Source of the DNA: Octopus vulgaris
Lineage: Eukaryota
Direction: 5' to 3'
DNA: 64,000 bases
NCBI GenBank assembly: GCA_951406725.2
Contig: OX597814.1
Location: 24,180,001 to 24,244,000, forward strand
Shown piece by piece: positions 52,452-64,000 of this stretch; the first letter of the stretch is position 1; the number at the start of each line of letters is the position of its first letter. The position numbers and the translations under genes were made by a program. Below the pieces are notes generated by a model. The model was not told where the DNA came from. It saw only the letters and a list, made by a program, of their open reading frames with translations, and searched no databases.

Positions 52452-52770
52452 GAGCACTCCGTCGGTTGCGACGACGAGGGTCCCAGCTGATACGACCAAC
52501 GGAACAGCTTGCTCGTGAAATTAATGTGCAAGTGGATGAGCATTCCACAGACGCGTGTACCCTTAACATAGTTCTCGAGGAGATTCAGCGTGACACAGAT
52601 TGTGACAAGGCTGGCCCTTTGAAATACAGTACGGGTAATTTAACTGCTATTAGATTCATAGTGAAGGCGTGTAGCTTAGTGGTTATGGGCATTCGGCTCA
52701 TGATTGTAAGGTTGTAATTTCAATTCCCGACGGTGTGTTGTGTCCTTGAGCAAGATACTTTATTTCATAA
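52452..52770. mobile_element. SINE family A fragments: 3' half (-) and a separate head (+)
   Basis: gagcactccgtcggttgcgacgacgagggt... matches the family A tail; gaaggcgtgtagcttagtggttatgggc...gtccttgagcaagatac is a tRNA-like head. Confidence 0.7.
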
Positions 52771-52814
52771 CAGCTACAGATAAGGAAAATGAAGTTCCTT
52801 TCTTATTGAATCAT

Positions 52815-53632
52815 CATGGCCGTTTGATTCTAGGATCGTAAAGAAAGTGGAAGTAAAACAAAAACAATACTTGCCTTAAAATTTGAAATAGGAAGAATTT
52901 GGAGCATGTGAACAGTAAAGGTCGTGTCCATAGTAATTGGTGCATTGGAAACAATGAGCCAAGAGATAGACAAATGGATGAAAGACATTGAAATAGAATG
53001 CCCAGTAGAGCTCCTACGGAATGTTTGGCTCTCAGGGATGGCAAGGATTATCAGGAAGATTCTAAGCACTTGAAAGACTCCTGCAAATTTGTGGATACCT
53101 AAGGTTACAGATAATAACCTGCTACCCAAATAAATCCTACCAAGAATAAGACTGAACCTGAGCCAAACCAAAATAATACTACTACTACTAATAATAATAA
53201 TAATAACAGATAAGAAGTTAGAAAATAATAAACCAGATACAACAAGGGAGAGCAAAGTTGCGTACTAATTGACCTCTCATGTTTGTTCAATTGTATAATC
53301 TTAAAGAAAGAGGATGAGAAAAATACAATCCCTTGAAATCTGAAATTGCAAGAATTTGGAGTACAAAAATTGTTGTATCTGTGCATTGGGAACTGTGAAT
53401 AATGATAACAACAAATGTTTAAAGGAGATTGGAATAGAATGTCCTGTTGGGCTTCTACAGAAAGTTTGCTTTTTAGGGATGAGAAAATTTACCAGAAGGG
53501 TTCTAAGCACTTGATAGACTATTGAAAACTTGTGGAGACCTAAGGTTACAGGTAATAATCTGCTACCCATATAAGTTTTCCCAGGAATAAGAACAAACCA
53601 GAGCCAAATTAACAATACTAATAATGATAATC
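52815..53632 (+). mobile_element. Two tandem 3' ends of an R4/Dong-type (restriction-like endonuclease) LINE with (TAA)n tails
   Basis: PFDSRIVK..LKFEIGRIW..VKVVSIVIGALET..IECPVELL..ARIIRKILST at 52815-53207; second copy at 53220-53632 (LIDLSCLF..IGIECPVGLLQKVCFLG..RRVLST). Confidence 0.75.
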
Positions 53633-53634
53633 CT

Positions 53635-54325
53635 TTCTATTATAGGGACAAGGCCTGGAATATGAGGGGAGGGGATAGTCAATTACATCAATCCCAGTAT
53701 TTGACTGGTACTAAAATGATGCAAGGCAAAGTCAACCTCGGCAGAATGTAAACTCAAAACGTAAAGACAGATGAAATGCCACTAAGCATTTCATTCAGCA
53801 TGTTAGTGATTCAGCCAGCTCAACTTCAACTTCAGAATAGATCCCAAAATTTTGGTGGGAGGGGAATAGCTAGTAATACTGACCCCAGTGCTTGACTGGT
53901 ACATTATTTTATCGACCTTGGAGGGAAGGCCAAAGTTAACCTCAAAAGGATTCAAACTTAGTATATAAAGGTTTGAAGTAAATACTGCAAGGCATTTTGT
54001 CTCACATTCTAACAATTCTGTCTATCCTTGACCTTTCTGACAAAGACACAATGTCATAAACTGAAAGAGAACAGGGCTGAGTAAATGAAAGGCAAGGCTA
54101 ACATAGGTGGGATATGAACTCAGAAAATGAAGTGTTGAAGCTAGATACAATAAGGCATATTGTCCAGCACTCTAACAATTCTGCATATAAACCACCTTTG
54201 GCACAAGTCCTGAAATCTGGAGGGAGAGGGTTAGTTAGTTATATTGACTCTGGTGTTCAACTGGTACTTATTTCATTGACTCCAAAAGGGTGAAAAGCAA
54301 AGTTGACCTCAGAAGAATTTGAGCC
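53635..54325 (-). mobile_element. Cluster of about four diverged SINE family B copies
   Basis: Repeated actggtac...aaggcaaagt(c/t)aacctc...gaactcag modules. Confidence 0.7.
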
Positions 54326-57300
54326 TAGATCTTGGATTTTCTTCCAAATATTTCAAGTTAACCATTTTATGAATAGAGATTGACAGGTACCAGATTCGAA
54401 TATGTTGTGGGGTTATGATCAACTAAAACCCTTGAGCACGATGTTCCAGCATGTTTACAATCCAGTTCATAACTAATGAGTGAAAGACTTAAAGAATAAA
54501 TATTTATAGCATCTGTATATATCTAACTCATTAATAAGGACATTTTCAGACATATATGAATTAAATATTGAGCTTTTTTTTTTATATGTATTATGTACAA
54601 AATAGAATTAATGAAATATACATTCCTTAAAAGCTGAGAATAAAAACTTTATTAACCTATTTATGCAAATTCAGTGCAAATTTTGCTATTGTTGCATAAG
54701 TTATGCATTCTTTCTTCGTAAAATGATACAAAAAATTAAACAATGCATACTGTGAACAATATCCTACGTTTTGTTTCAATATTTTTGTTTCATAACTTCT
54801 ATTTTCTGTGTTTTACATTTTCCATTGTACATTTTCTGTATTTACATTTATCAAAATTCAGTATTTGCATGTTTATAGTTCTCATTCTGGAACTGAAGAC
54901 TTATGTTTATACATAACATAATCTGGTTTCTTTTATTGCAATAAATTATTGAAGGAAAAGCAAGACACTTTTGTTTCAGCTCACTACATCTATGTATAAT
55001 AACTTATTTCATAGAAATTGCTTTTATTCATGAGAAGGCCACAGAAGCATAAAGGAGTGTAAATACAAACACTGTCTGACTGACATAAATGCTGCTTGTA
55101 TCTGCCAATGTAAAAATATTTGTTGAATAACATACAATGAGAATCAACTTCTCATGATGGATGTCCATTTATCTGAGGTCAAATTCTCTGTTTCATATTG
55201 CTAGACATTTATCTATTATTTCATAGCAGCTTTACACAGTGCATTCAATGTATTCAAAGTAGTTTTAGCAAAAGTCAAACTTAGACACTTTAAAAATATC
55301 ATTTGTAGATTGTAATTACAGTGAATGAACAAGAAAAACATATGGTATCCCTTTAGAGCTTTTAATTTATAGTGTAGAATAGTTATAGTAAATAGGTAGT
55401 CTCTTACAGCTGTTTCTAAAATAGCTAAGCATGTGTTATTCCATCATTGGAGAGAGAGAGAGAGAGAGAGAAGGAATAACCTTCATCATCATCCTTTAAC
55501 GTCCGCTTTCCATGCTAGCATGGGTTGGATGATTTGATTGAGGACTGATGAACCAGATGGCTGCGCCAGGCTCCAATCTGATCTGGCAGAGTTTCTACAG
55601 CTGGATGCCCTTCCTAACGCCAACCACTCCGAGAATGTAGTGGGTGCTTTTACGTGCCACCTGCATGAAGGCCGGTCTGGCGGTACTGGCAATGGCCACG
55701 CTCAAAGTGGTGTTTTTTTCGTGCCACATATGCACAGGAGTCAGTCCAGTGACACTGGCAACGACCACGCTCAAATGTTTTGTTCACGTGCCAGTAAGGC
55801 GACGCTGGTAACGATCACGCTCAAATGGTGCTTCTTATGTGCCCACCAGCACAGTAGCCAGACAGCTGCTCTGGCAGTGATCCTGCTCGGGTGGAGCTGT
55901 TAGCGCTCCACTGGCATGGATGCCAGTCATCGAATTAATTCAGGATATTATTAGTTACAAGTTCATTAAGTGATAAAGAAATATCCAAAGTAAAAAGTCA
56001 TATTGGTTGATTGATCCATGATAGTAGGATTAAGGAGATTCATAGTAAAAAATAAAGCCAGTTAGCAGATCTGTTTTTGAAGTATCACAGAAAATCCATG
56101 GTAAAAGATGATAGAAGAGGCTTGTTCCATGTTTGAAAATCAAGTGAGATAGAGAAGAGTGAAGAGCCTTCAGATAGTAAATGACAGTATGAAGGAGAGA
56201 TGCCATAGTAAATGTATGCAAGTTGATAGAGACTAGTTGGTTGTGAGTGCATTACATAACAATAGCAAAGTAGTTAAAGGGATGTATGCATATAGACTCT
56301 AAGATTGTGGTGGCAACATTTACAAATGACCAATTGTTAATCACATTTCTCTGTCCAAAGACCACAGTGGATTAAGTTTATGGTACCTGATCCACTAAAC
56401 ACCTGCTTTCCAAATTCATGCACATATAATCCCTTGCCTTTGAAAACTTTGGCAAAAACCAATGTTAATATTGGTATAAGCAAAGTCTGATAAAAGAACT
56501 TCTTCGTCAAGTTACCCTCACATAGAAATCATTTGTTCTTTACATTTATCTTACTGTTTATCTCAGTAAGCAGAGAAGTTCTTCTCACTAACTGTCAGTC
56601 TATCTTCTCAAGTGTATCTCAGGGTCCAGTAGTTAAATGTGGAAGGGAATTGTCATTTATGTTGGCCTTAGTACATGAATGATGCATTATTGCATTGTGC
56701 CCAAAATAATTGAAAGCAAAGTTGACCTTATTCTCACATCAACTACAATCGACTCAAATACTTAGAGCCAAATAACTCTTATCTGTGTATAAAATGACAG
56801 AGAAATATTCTGTCAAAAATGAAAATATAACAATGTTGTCTCATTTAAAACCATTGAGATTTATGAAACTTCCTTCTTCCTTGTGTTTTTTCTTACCGAT
56901 TCTCACTCACTAAGATTCAAGATAAATATCAATAACATTTATTTCATCAGCCTGTGAGGGCCTGCAAGATCTATACACACTGCTCATTTTTCTCAGACTA
57001 AATTAGAAACACATCATTTTGTTTAAAGGGGGCTGAATCATATATATAAAGATAAGATTATATAACATGCTTTGAAGAGTAAAACTTCCAACTTTACTGT
57101 AATTAATATGATTTCAGAAAAGAAGGCTTGGGTAATAGCAAGAACATCTGGTTGCCAAACAACTCAGGAAGAAAATTACATGTAATCTTTCATAATCATC
57201 TTAAATAGTCAAAGAGAACAAGATAATTAATAGCTTCACTTTAGTGAATAGAACTGAAATTTTTAATTTGATCTATTTTCAAATCAGCCCCAAAGTATGT

Positions 57301-59395
57301 CTGCTTATTATATAAGATAACTTGCAATCTTTTGAAAGAGTTACAAGAACTAGAAATGGTGCAACTTCACTATGCTAAAATTCCATCTATAGTTTTGATT
57401 ATATTCATGGATGTAGTTTGTCTAAATGTCTGATTGGTAACTGTCTATGGTATAACATTTGACACAGGGAAATTTTGTAAAGAAAATATTGTAAATATTT
57501 TATTTTACTTTTTAGCACTAATGTAATTAATAGCATTTTGAAGGGGGAATACTTTTTCGTTTAGTTCATTATCTGTATTATTTTGAGAAATGAACATTAT
57601 GAAAAGCATCCAAAAAAAATAAAATAAAATTTCTATTTACAAAAGTATTCTTTCACTTCTCATGTTTTTTTTATTAAGATATTTCATGATTATAATGAAA
57701 TTTTAAATGTGTTTTAAATGTGAGTTAACAAGAATTTTATTACAGCAATAAAAATGTTGTAACGAAGAAATGTCTTAATAGATGGAAAGTGAAAGTAGTT
57801 TGTGAAATGCTACAAGGATGTAAATAATGTTATAGAGACTAGCATTATATTAAAGCAGCTCATGGTTAGGCTGTTGGATTGTTAGTTTTCAGAACTAACT
57901 GGTGAGGGAAGATGGAACTGAGTATTGGAATATAATATGCAGTTCCATCATTAAATGGCTAATAGCATGGTAAAAGTAAGGAGGGGAAGAACATTTTTAA
58001 TACCTTTATAAAACTTGTGATAGAGTATTTTAATTGCCACTTTGACAAGTGAATAGGTGGTAAGCAATCAAAAGTGATATTGCCAGAGACACTTTTCTCA
58101 ATTAGGTGGGCATGAGCATTTCTTGGTTATTTCCTAAAAGGAAAAATCCAGGATACTTTTCTATTAATTAATTTTATCATTTTTGTTTTACTGAAATAGG
58201 GAGAAAATTAAAATAACTAACGCTTTTTGGATATCTTAAATACTTTTTAAATTCTTGCAATAATTAAAGCATTTTAAAACTTTCTGAATAGAAAATAATG
58301 AAGTAATGATGTACTATAGAAGTTTTTCAGCATCTATTTTAAAACTAAACAATAAATTATCATAATACATTTCTTAATGTCTAAACTATATGTTTTCATG
58401 AGAATGGCATATTCTCAGAATGTTAAATATTTTGATAACATCACAAAATACTGAGAAGTGCTCCCATTATTTAGCCTGAGTAATAAAAATCATAACAACC
58501 ACTCCTTAAAAAATAAAACAAAAAATTAATGATTTTCTTTGTAACATAAATTCTATGGGTTGCCAAAAGTGTGAGATATCTTGTCTCGTACATCAAATAC
58601 AATCGAAGAATCCAAAAATATAGACTAATTCAAGAATTATTATAGCAAAGTTGCCAAACTACTTTCACATTTTTCTTTTCAGTAACATTTATCAATTGCA
58701 TACTAAAGAGTATATTTAGTTCAAGAACAGATGTAACATATTTTTTGATAAAGTAGTTGAAGCTTAGCTTCAGAGTATATGCAAAAAAAAAAAAAAAAAA
58801 TCTGCAAAACACCTAGTCGGAGAAAAAAATTGTAATTTTATCATCATTTGTTTGTAACAGAACCTTTTATTATATAGCCTTTGGTTGTAGGACTGTGTTG
58901 TCAAGAAGATACAGCTAAATTTAACAGTGAAAAAAATAACCTATTAAATATATATAATGTGTAACTAACAGCTACAACTTGCCAGATATGCTGTGCACTT
59001 TCTGTTTGGTTCAAAATTCTAGGCAGAATTGAAATTCAGATTTATCAACAGCTGAATTATCAGGTATTTCATCTGATTCAGGATCCTAGTTTCATAGCTT
59101 CCCATTCACAGATGAAATATCCAAGATAGACTTATTCCTTTTATCATGAATGTTTATAACATCATCAAATATGAACTGACTACGGAGCTAGTATTAAGCT
59201 GCCTGAACCACAAGAAATGACAGCAAAGTCTCCTTTTAATCACCTGACAATGTTTTAAATAATTAAAGGATGCATTAAATTACAAAGTCTTTGGTACTCT
59301 TAAAAATATAATAGCCATGACTAGGAAGCTTTTGATTGTAGGTCTGCTTAATCAGGGTTTAGTTGAATCCAAACAACAGCAACAACATAAATAAT

Positions 59396-59783
59396 GTGGT
59401 GGAAGCACTCCATCGGTTACGACAATGAGGGTTCCGGTTGATCCGAATCAACGGAACAGCCTGCTCGCGAAATTAACGTGTAAGAGGCTGAGCATTCCAC
59501 AGACACGTGCACCCTTAACGTAGTTCTCGGGGATATTCAGCGTGACACAGAGAGTGACAAGGCCGGCCCCTTGAAATACAGGTACAACAGAAACAGGAAG
59601 TAAGAGTGAGAGAAAGTTGTGGTGAAAGAGTACAGCAGGGATCACCACCATCCCCTGCCGGAGCCTTGTGGAGCTTTTAGGTGTTTTCGCTCAATAAACA
59701 CTCACAACGCCTGGTCTGGGAATCGAAACCGCGATCCTATGACCGCGAGTCCGCTGCCCTAACCACTGGGCCATTGCGCCTCC
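59396..59783 (-). mobile_element. tRNA-derived SINE, family A, full length
   Basis: Reverse complement of family A; TSD acataaataat (59385-59395, 59784-59794). Confidence 0.9.
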
Positions 59784-60429
59784 ACATAAATAATAACATT
59801 ACCATCAAGCATGAACGTTGTGTTCTAATTGGATAATTAGAGCTGCTGAAGTGGAGGTGCATGGCTTAGTGGTTAGGGTATTTGGCTCTTGATCGTAAGG
59901 TCATGAGTTCAATTCCTGGTGACACATTGTGTCCTTGAGCAGGACACTTTATTTCACACTGTTCCAGCTCACTCAGCTGGCAAAAATTAGTAGTACCTGC
60001 ATTTCAAAGTCATTAAGGAAAAAAGACAGGCTTATTGTCTTGATGCAGTAATGAACATGTGTTTCTGCCTCGATAGATATCATCAGCATGGAATTTATAC
60101 TACTTTACCACCAGAAGGGATTTAGACATATATAAAAAGAGAGCAGAACATATTTATAGCTGAGGTAATCAGTTTAATTTAATAGAACATGAGTTATGAG
60201 AAATAACACAGAGTATGTATTTGGCAATATAGATATCAAGTACCATACAACATAAATTATTGATTTATTGAAGCAGAGACTAATGTCAAAGTTATCTCTT
60301 TTGCTTACCCCCAAATTAGTCTTGATCAAGCAGACTTATAGTCAAAGATATTCCAGCTTGAACTATTTCATCTTATTTTCAGACACTGCTTTTAATCCAA
60401 GTTCGATTCCAGGCAGTGACCTGAATAAA

Positions 60430-60434
60430 AAATA

Positions 60435-60517
<83 letters not shown>

Positions 60518-60527
60518 CAACAACATC
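60430..60527. repeat. (AAT)n microsatellite (also 38805-38868)
   Basis: Directly visible. Confidence 0.97.
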
Positions 60528-60573
60528 AAAAAATACCTTAGGAATGAGAACCCAGGTTCGAAATTTCCCCAAG

Positions 60574-60618
60574 ACACTCGATGAAGGCTGGAGGGTATAT
60601 CAGCCAAAACGTTGTGTT
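60574..60618 (+). ncRNA. Degenerate minimal hammerhead motif in an (AAT)n-associated repeat
   Basis: acac-TCGATGA-a-ggctg...cagcc-AAAAC-GTT-gtgt: helix I acac/gtgt, helix II ggctg/cagcc, palindrome AACGTT; both core boxes are mutated. Confidence 0.55.
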
Positions 60619-60849
60619 AACAACAGACAAGATGAGGACAAATATCCATCAAATGTAAATAATTTACAGTGTATCTAGAATTACACTTTCCAATGTAGCC
60701 TTTCACCTTGTAAGACAAGGACAAGGGGACATGATATTCAGGATATTTAGCTGTTTTATTTTGCAAATCAAGCAATCACTTACAAGCTTCTTCTATACCT
60801 TATAAGGACTTAAATAAATGCATTGGACTTAAATGTATATATTGGATGT

Positions 60850-61116
60850 GGTAGACGGAAACTGTAAGAGGCCTGTCGTATATATGTATATATATGTGTA
60901 TGTGTGTGTGTATGTTTGTGTGTCTGTGTTTGTCCCCGCAACATCGGTTGACAACCGATGCTGGTGTGCTTGCATCCCCGTAACTTAGCGGTTCGGCAAA
61001 GGTGACTGATAGAATAAGTACTAGGCTTACAAAGAATAAGTCCTGGGGTTGATTTACTCGACTAAATGTGGTGCTCCAGCATGGCCACAGTCAAATGACT
61101 GAAACAAGTAAAAGAG
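60850..61116 (+). mobile_element. SINE family C, 5'-truncated
   Basis: ggtagacggaaactg...gcatggccacagtcaaatgactgaaacaagtaaaagag. Confidence 0.85.
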
Positions 61117-62902
61117 TGTATGTTCTTAGTCAATGCTTTTATAAGAAGGCGCATCTATGTATTATAGCTCGTTGTTGGTGGTAGCTTTTAAAAGGTGATA
61201 TTTTATAGTTCCATGACATCCTTAGCAAATATTATAAAAGGAGAAGCTTTATTTATTTTAGCAGCTATTGCATATTTCCACTGGTTTAGAGAAAAGCATT
61301 CACTATACATGAATTATGCTATCAAGCAATGGATTCACCATCAGAAATGCTGATGAAACATTTTAGAAAAGTATGTAAATTTAAGAAATGAAAGTGAGTT
61401 GGAAAATGTTCCATAAACTAAATTTTACTCAATGCTTGCATCTGAGATCAATAAATCTAGGATAGTCATTTTAAATTCTACTGAGCTAAGCCTGTAAATT
61501 CATTACCTGCTTATGGAATTTGTGCTTCGCTATGATATATTTAGAAATAATGTAACTAAAATTGAATGCTTACAAATAATCCTTCACCTACTGGCCCCAA
61601 CTTTATTTGTGTTATCAGCTATATATCATTATGATCAAAGCAGGTTCAATGAAAATATTGAACCAGTTATTTGAGAAATGGCTTATGGATCCCCACCTAT
61701 AAAATAAGAATCATGTCTCTTCCAGTGACAGCAATTATGTGATGAAAGAATGACTTTCCAGAGTTTAACCTATGAAATATTTTAAATCATACTTTTAATG
61801 TAGAACATTTACATTGGTTTACAAGTATGGATCAGAAGAGTGTTCAAGAGAAATTGTATAGCTTCAAGTTATTTATTTGTTAAAGTGTAAAAAGTAGCAG
61901 TAGTAGTAACAGCAGCTTTTGAATTATTGTGAGGATGATGAAATGGCTGGAACACTGAACTTCCAGTTTAAATTACAAGATTGCTTACCCTTGATTCATT
62001 CCTTAAAATGATGATTTACTTTTTCTCTCAACATTAAGGCCATTACTATAATGAAATAAAATTTCTTTGACTCACTAAATAAGGTATGTTAGCCTTTCAT
62101 CCCTCTATTATTTTTGGTAAATTAGACCCCACTGATGTACTAATGTAAATTTGATTGACTATATCTCTTCTCTAAATACATTTAGTATTGTGCCAGGGTA
62201 TGAGTCCTTATTAATGGTTGTGATAAGGTAGCAAACACGCAGAAATGTTTGCATGTCACACCAAATGGTTAACAGCATTTCTTCTAGCTTTACACTCTGA
62301 GTTCAAATTATGCCAAGGTCACCTTTGTCTTTCATCCTTTGGGAATGATAAAATAATTATCAGTTGAGTTTCACGGTTGATTTAATTGACACATCTCCTC
62401 CACTAAAATTACCGGCCTTGTGCCAAAATTAAAAAGAATTATTAATAGGGGTGATAGTAGCAGTGTTAGTACAGGTAGAATTAGTAATGAAGGTATTAGT
62501 AGAAGAAATGATAATGTTATTGGTTTTGGTAGACATATTGGAATAATAAGTAACATTCTTAATGTAGTAGTTGTAGCATCAGCCACATGTTAACAGTAGT
62601 ATTAACTACACTTGATGTTGTAATTATAATAATTTCAGAAAAAGTTGTTCTTGATGTACAATTTATTTTCTCTTGGCAACTGGAGATTTAGTAACTATTT
62701 TACAATGACTAAGAACAGAGAAGTGCATTAGCTATTTACTTTAACTCAGTATGATGAAAAATATTATTCTTGTACAACCTACTCTGGTACAATTGAGAAT
62801 TACCATCATCATCATCATCATCATTTAACGTCCGTTTTCCATGCTAGCATTGGTTGGACGGTTCGACTGGGGTCTGGGAAGCCTGGAGGCTGCGCCAGGC
62901 TC

Positions 62903-63690
62903 TTCAAATGAAAAATTTTGGAAGCAACTAAGGACTCTGTCTAAGAAGGAATCTTATATAAAATGGTCACAAGATTTGAATATTTGGGATCTTAATGCTG
63001 ATATGCCAAAAGAGACCACAATCCTGCTGGTTTTTTTTCTTTTCTTTACATTCTAGCCTATGTACATGCATTCTAAGAGCCACAAATATGGTACAAAACT
63101 GGTCTGAAACAGATACATACACAGTTAAATTTGATAAGATTTTCCATCATGATGAGAATATGAAAGATATTTAAGAATTTTAGTTCTTAAGAAAAATTTG
63201 AGCATCATATCAATAAATTTCGTGTTTGTTTTGAATTCATTTATCAGAAGTCAATAAATTTTGAATTGATTTGACCATAAACTGTGTAAGTAGACCTTAA
63301 ACCTAAATCTTGGCAGCTTTTGTGGATAGCTTTTAGCTCAAAAAGGAGGAATATGAAAAGTTGGCTAAAGCTATTTATAGGAATCTAACTTATGAAGTCA
63401 TGAAGGATACCACCAAGAAGGAACTTGGAAATATTTTTCCTAAATGGTGTAGTACTCACTTTATTGCATGTTTGGTAGAAGAAGAAAAAGCAAATGATGT
63501 TACAGAGATAACTATCAAACGTATTTGGTGGTAAGTCAAATCTCACAAAGAGGGAAGTTAAAGATCATGCAATCTTTTTAAAGTATTTGTGTTTAAACGT
63601 GAAAATGCACTGACTAATATGTGGGGTGCATTTAGTATGCCAGTATTATCTCTGAAAGTACTTGCACATTTACTTGAGAAGCCTAGATAC
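62903..63690 (+). mobile_element. Degraded gag-like region of an LTR retrotransposon (Copia/GalEa-like)
   Basis: LSKKESYIKWSQDLNIWDL..DMPKE, KFDKIFHHDEN and LKKEEYEKLAKAIYRNLTYEVMKDTTKKELG; possible decayed zinc knuckle near 63620-63670. Confidence 0.55.
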
Positions 63691-63951
63691 AATTGTTTAT
63701 AGATCCACCAAGTGATATACCGTAAACATCCATGTAATTTGCACACCTGTTTAATTTACACAAGTGATTTTCAGGATAAAAATTGTTAAAGAAGCTTCTA
63801 CTTATATAAAATTCGCACCCAAAAGTTTTCAGAATTGCAGATATGGCATGGAGGTTAGGTTTTCAGTTTAGTCATATATAGCATAATTTCACTTACTTAG
63901 GATTAGATTTAATTAAATCTTCACTAAGTAAAAATAATTTCTGTTTAACAG

Positions 63952-64000
63952 GTATCCCATTGAAAGCTATTAAATTACAAAATGTCGGTGCTTTGTATAA
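63952..64000 (+). CDS. Candidate coding exon start, running off the window end; product unknown
   Basis: Acceptor tttctgtttaacAG ends at 63951, with a branch-point-like cactaag about 25 nt upstream. Only the phase-1 frame is open: (G)IPLKAIKLQNVGALY. No homology recognised. Confidence 0.3.

Noticed and set aside
55484-55932. CRISPR-like spaced repeats (ctggcaacgaccacgctcaaatg units)
   Set aside because: Eukaryotic context, no cas genes, degenerate units and related spacers; this is the internal tandem array of the RTE 3' UTR.
56030-56300. Possible CR1/Jockey-type LINE C-terminal remnant (minus)
   Set aside because: Only SLFYH..HGF-like similarity; too short and degraded to call.

Overview
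Eukaryotic, AT-rich, repeat-saturated DNA that is intronic or intergenic. The SINE families and the microsatellite load point to an octopus (coleoid cephalopod) genome; this is inferred from recognising the repeats, not from a search. No complete host gene is present, and nearly all ORFs in the supplied track are microsatellite or transposon artefacts. Host-gene evidence is limited to one 165-nt exon (32935-33099, +) homologous to the alpha/beta-hydrolase ABHD2 but carrying an in-frame TAA, plus a possible exon starting at 63952. Mobile elements include three tRNA-derived SINE families, many RTE-clade LINE pieces, a tandem R4/Dong-type LINE end, two near full-length mariner copies in opposite orientation, a Chapaev3-type transposon with TTA target duplications, Helitron-type non-autonomous elements, Gypsy and Copia-like remnants, and several Penelope-like element (PLE) fragments. 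The most striking unannotated signal is a set of about 12 minimal hammerhead-ribozyme (HHR) motifs or half-motifs (CUGANGA...GAAAC-palindrome-GUH) from different sequence families. Several lie downstream of PLE GIY-YIG ORFs, or at the centre or edge of long fold-back palindromes embedded in microsatellites. Most HHR copies look mutationally degraded. All coordinates were read by eye.
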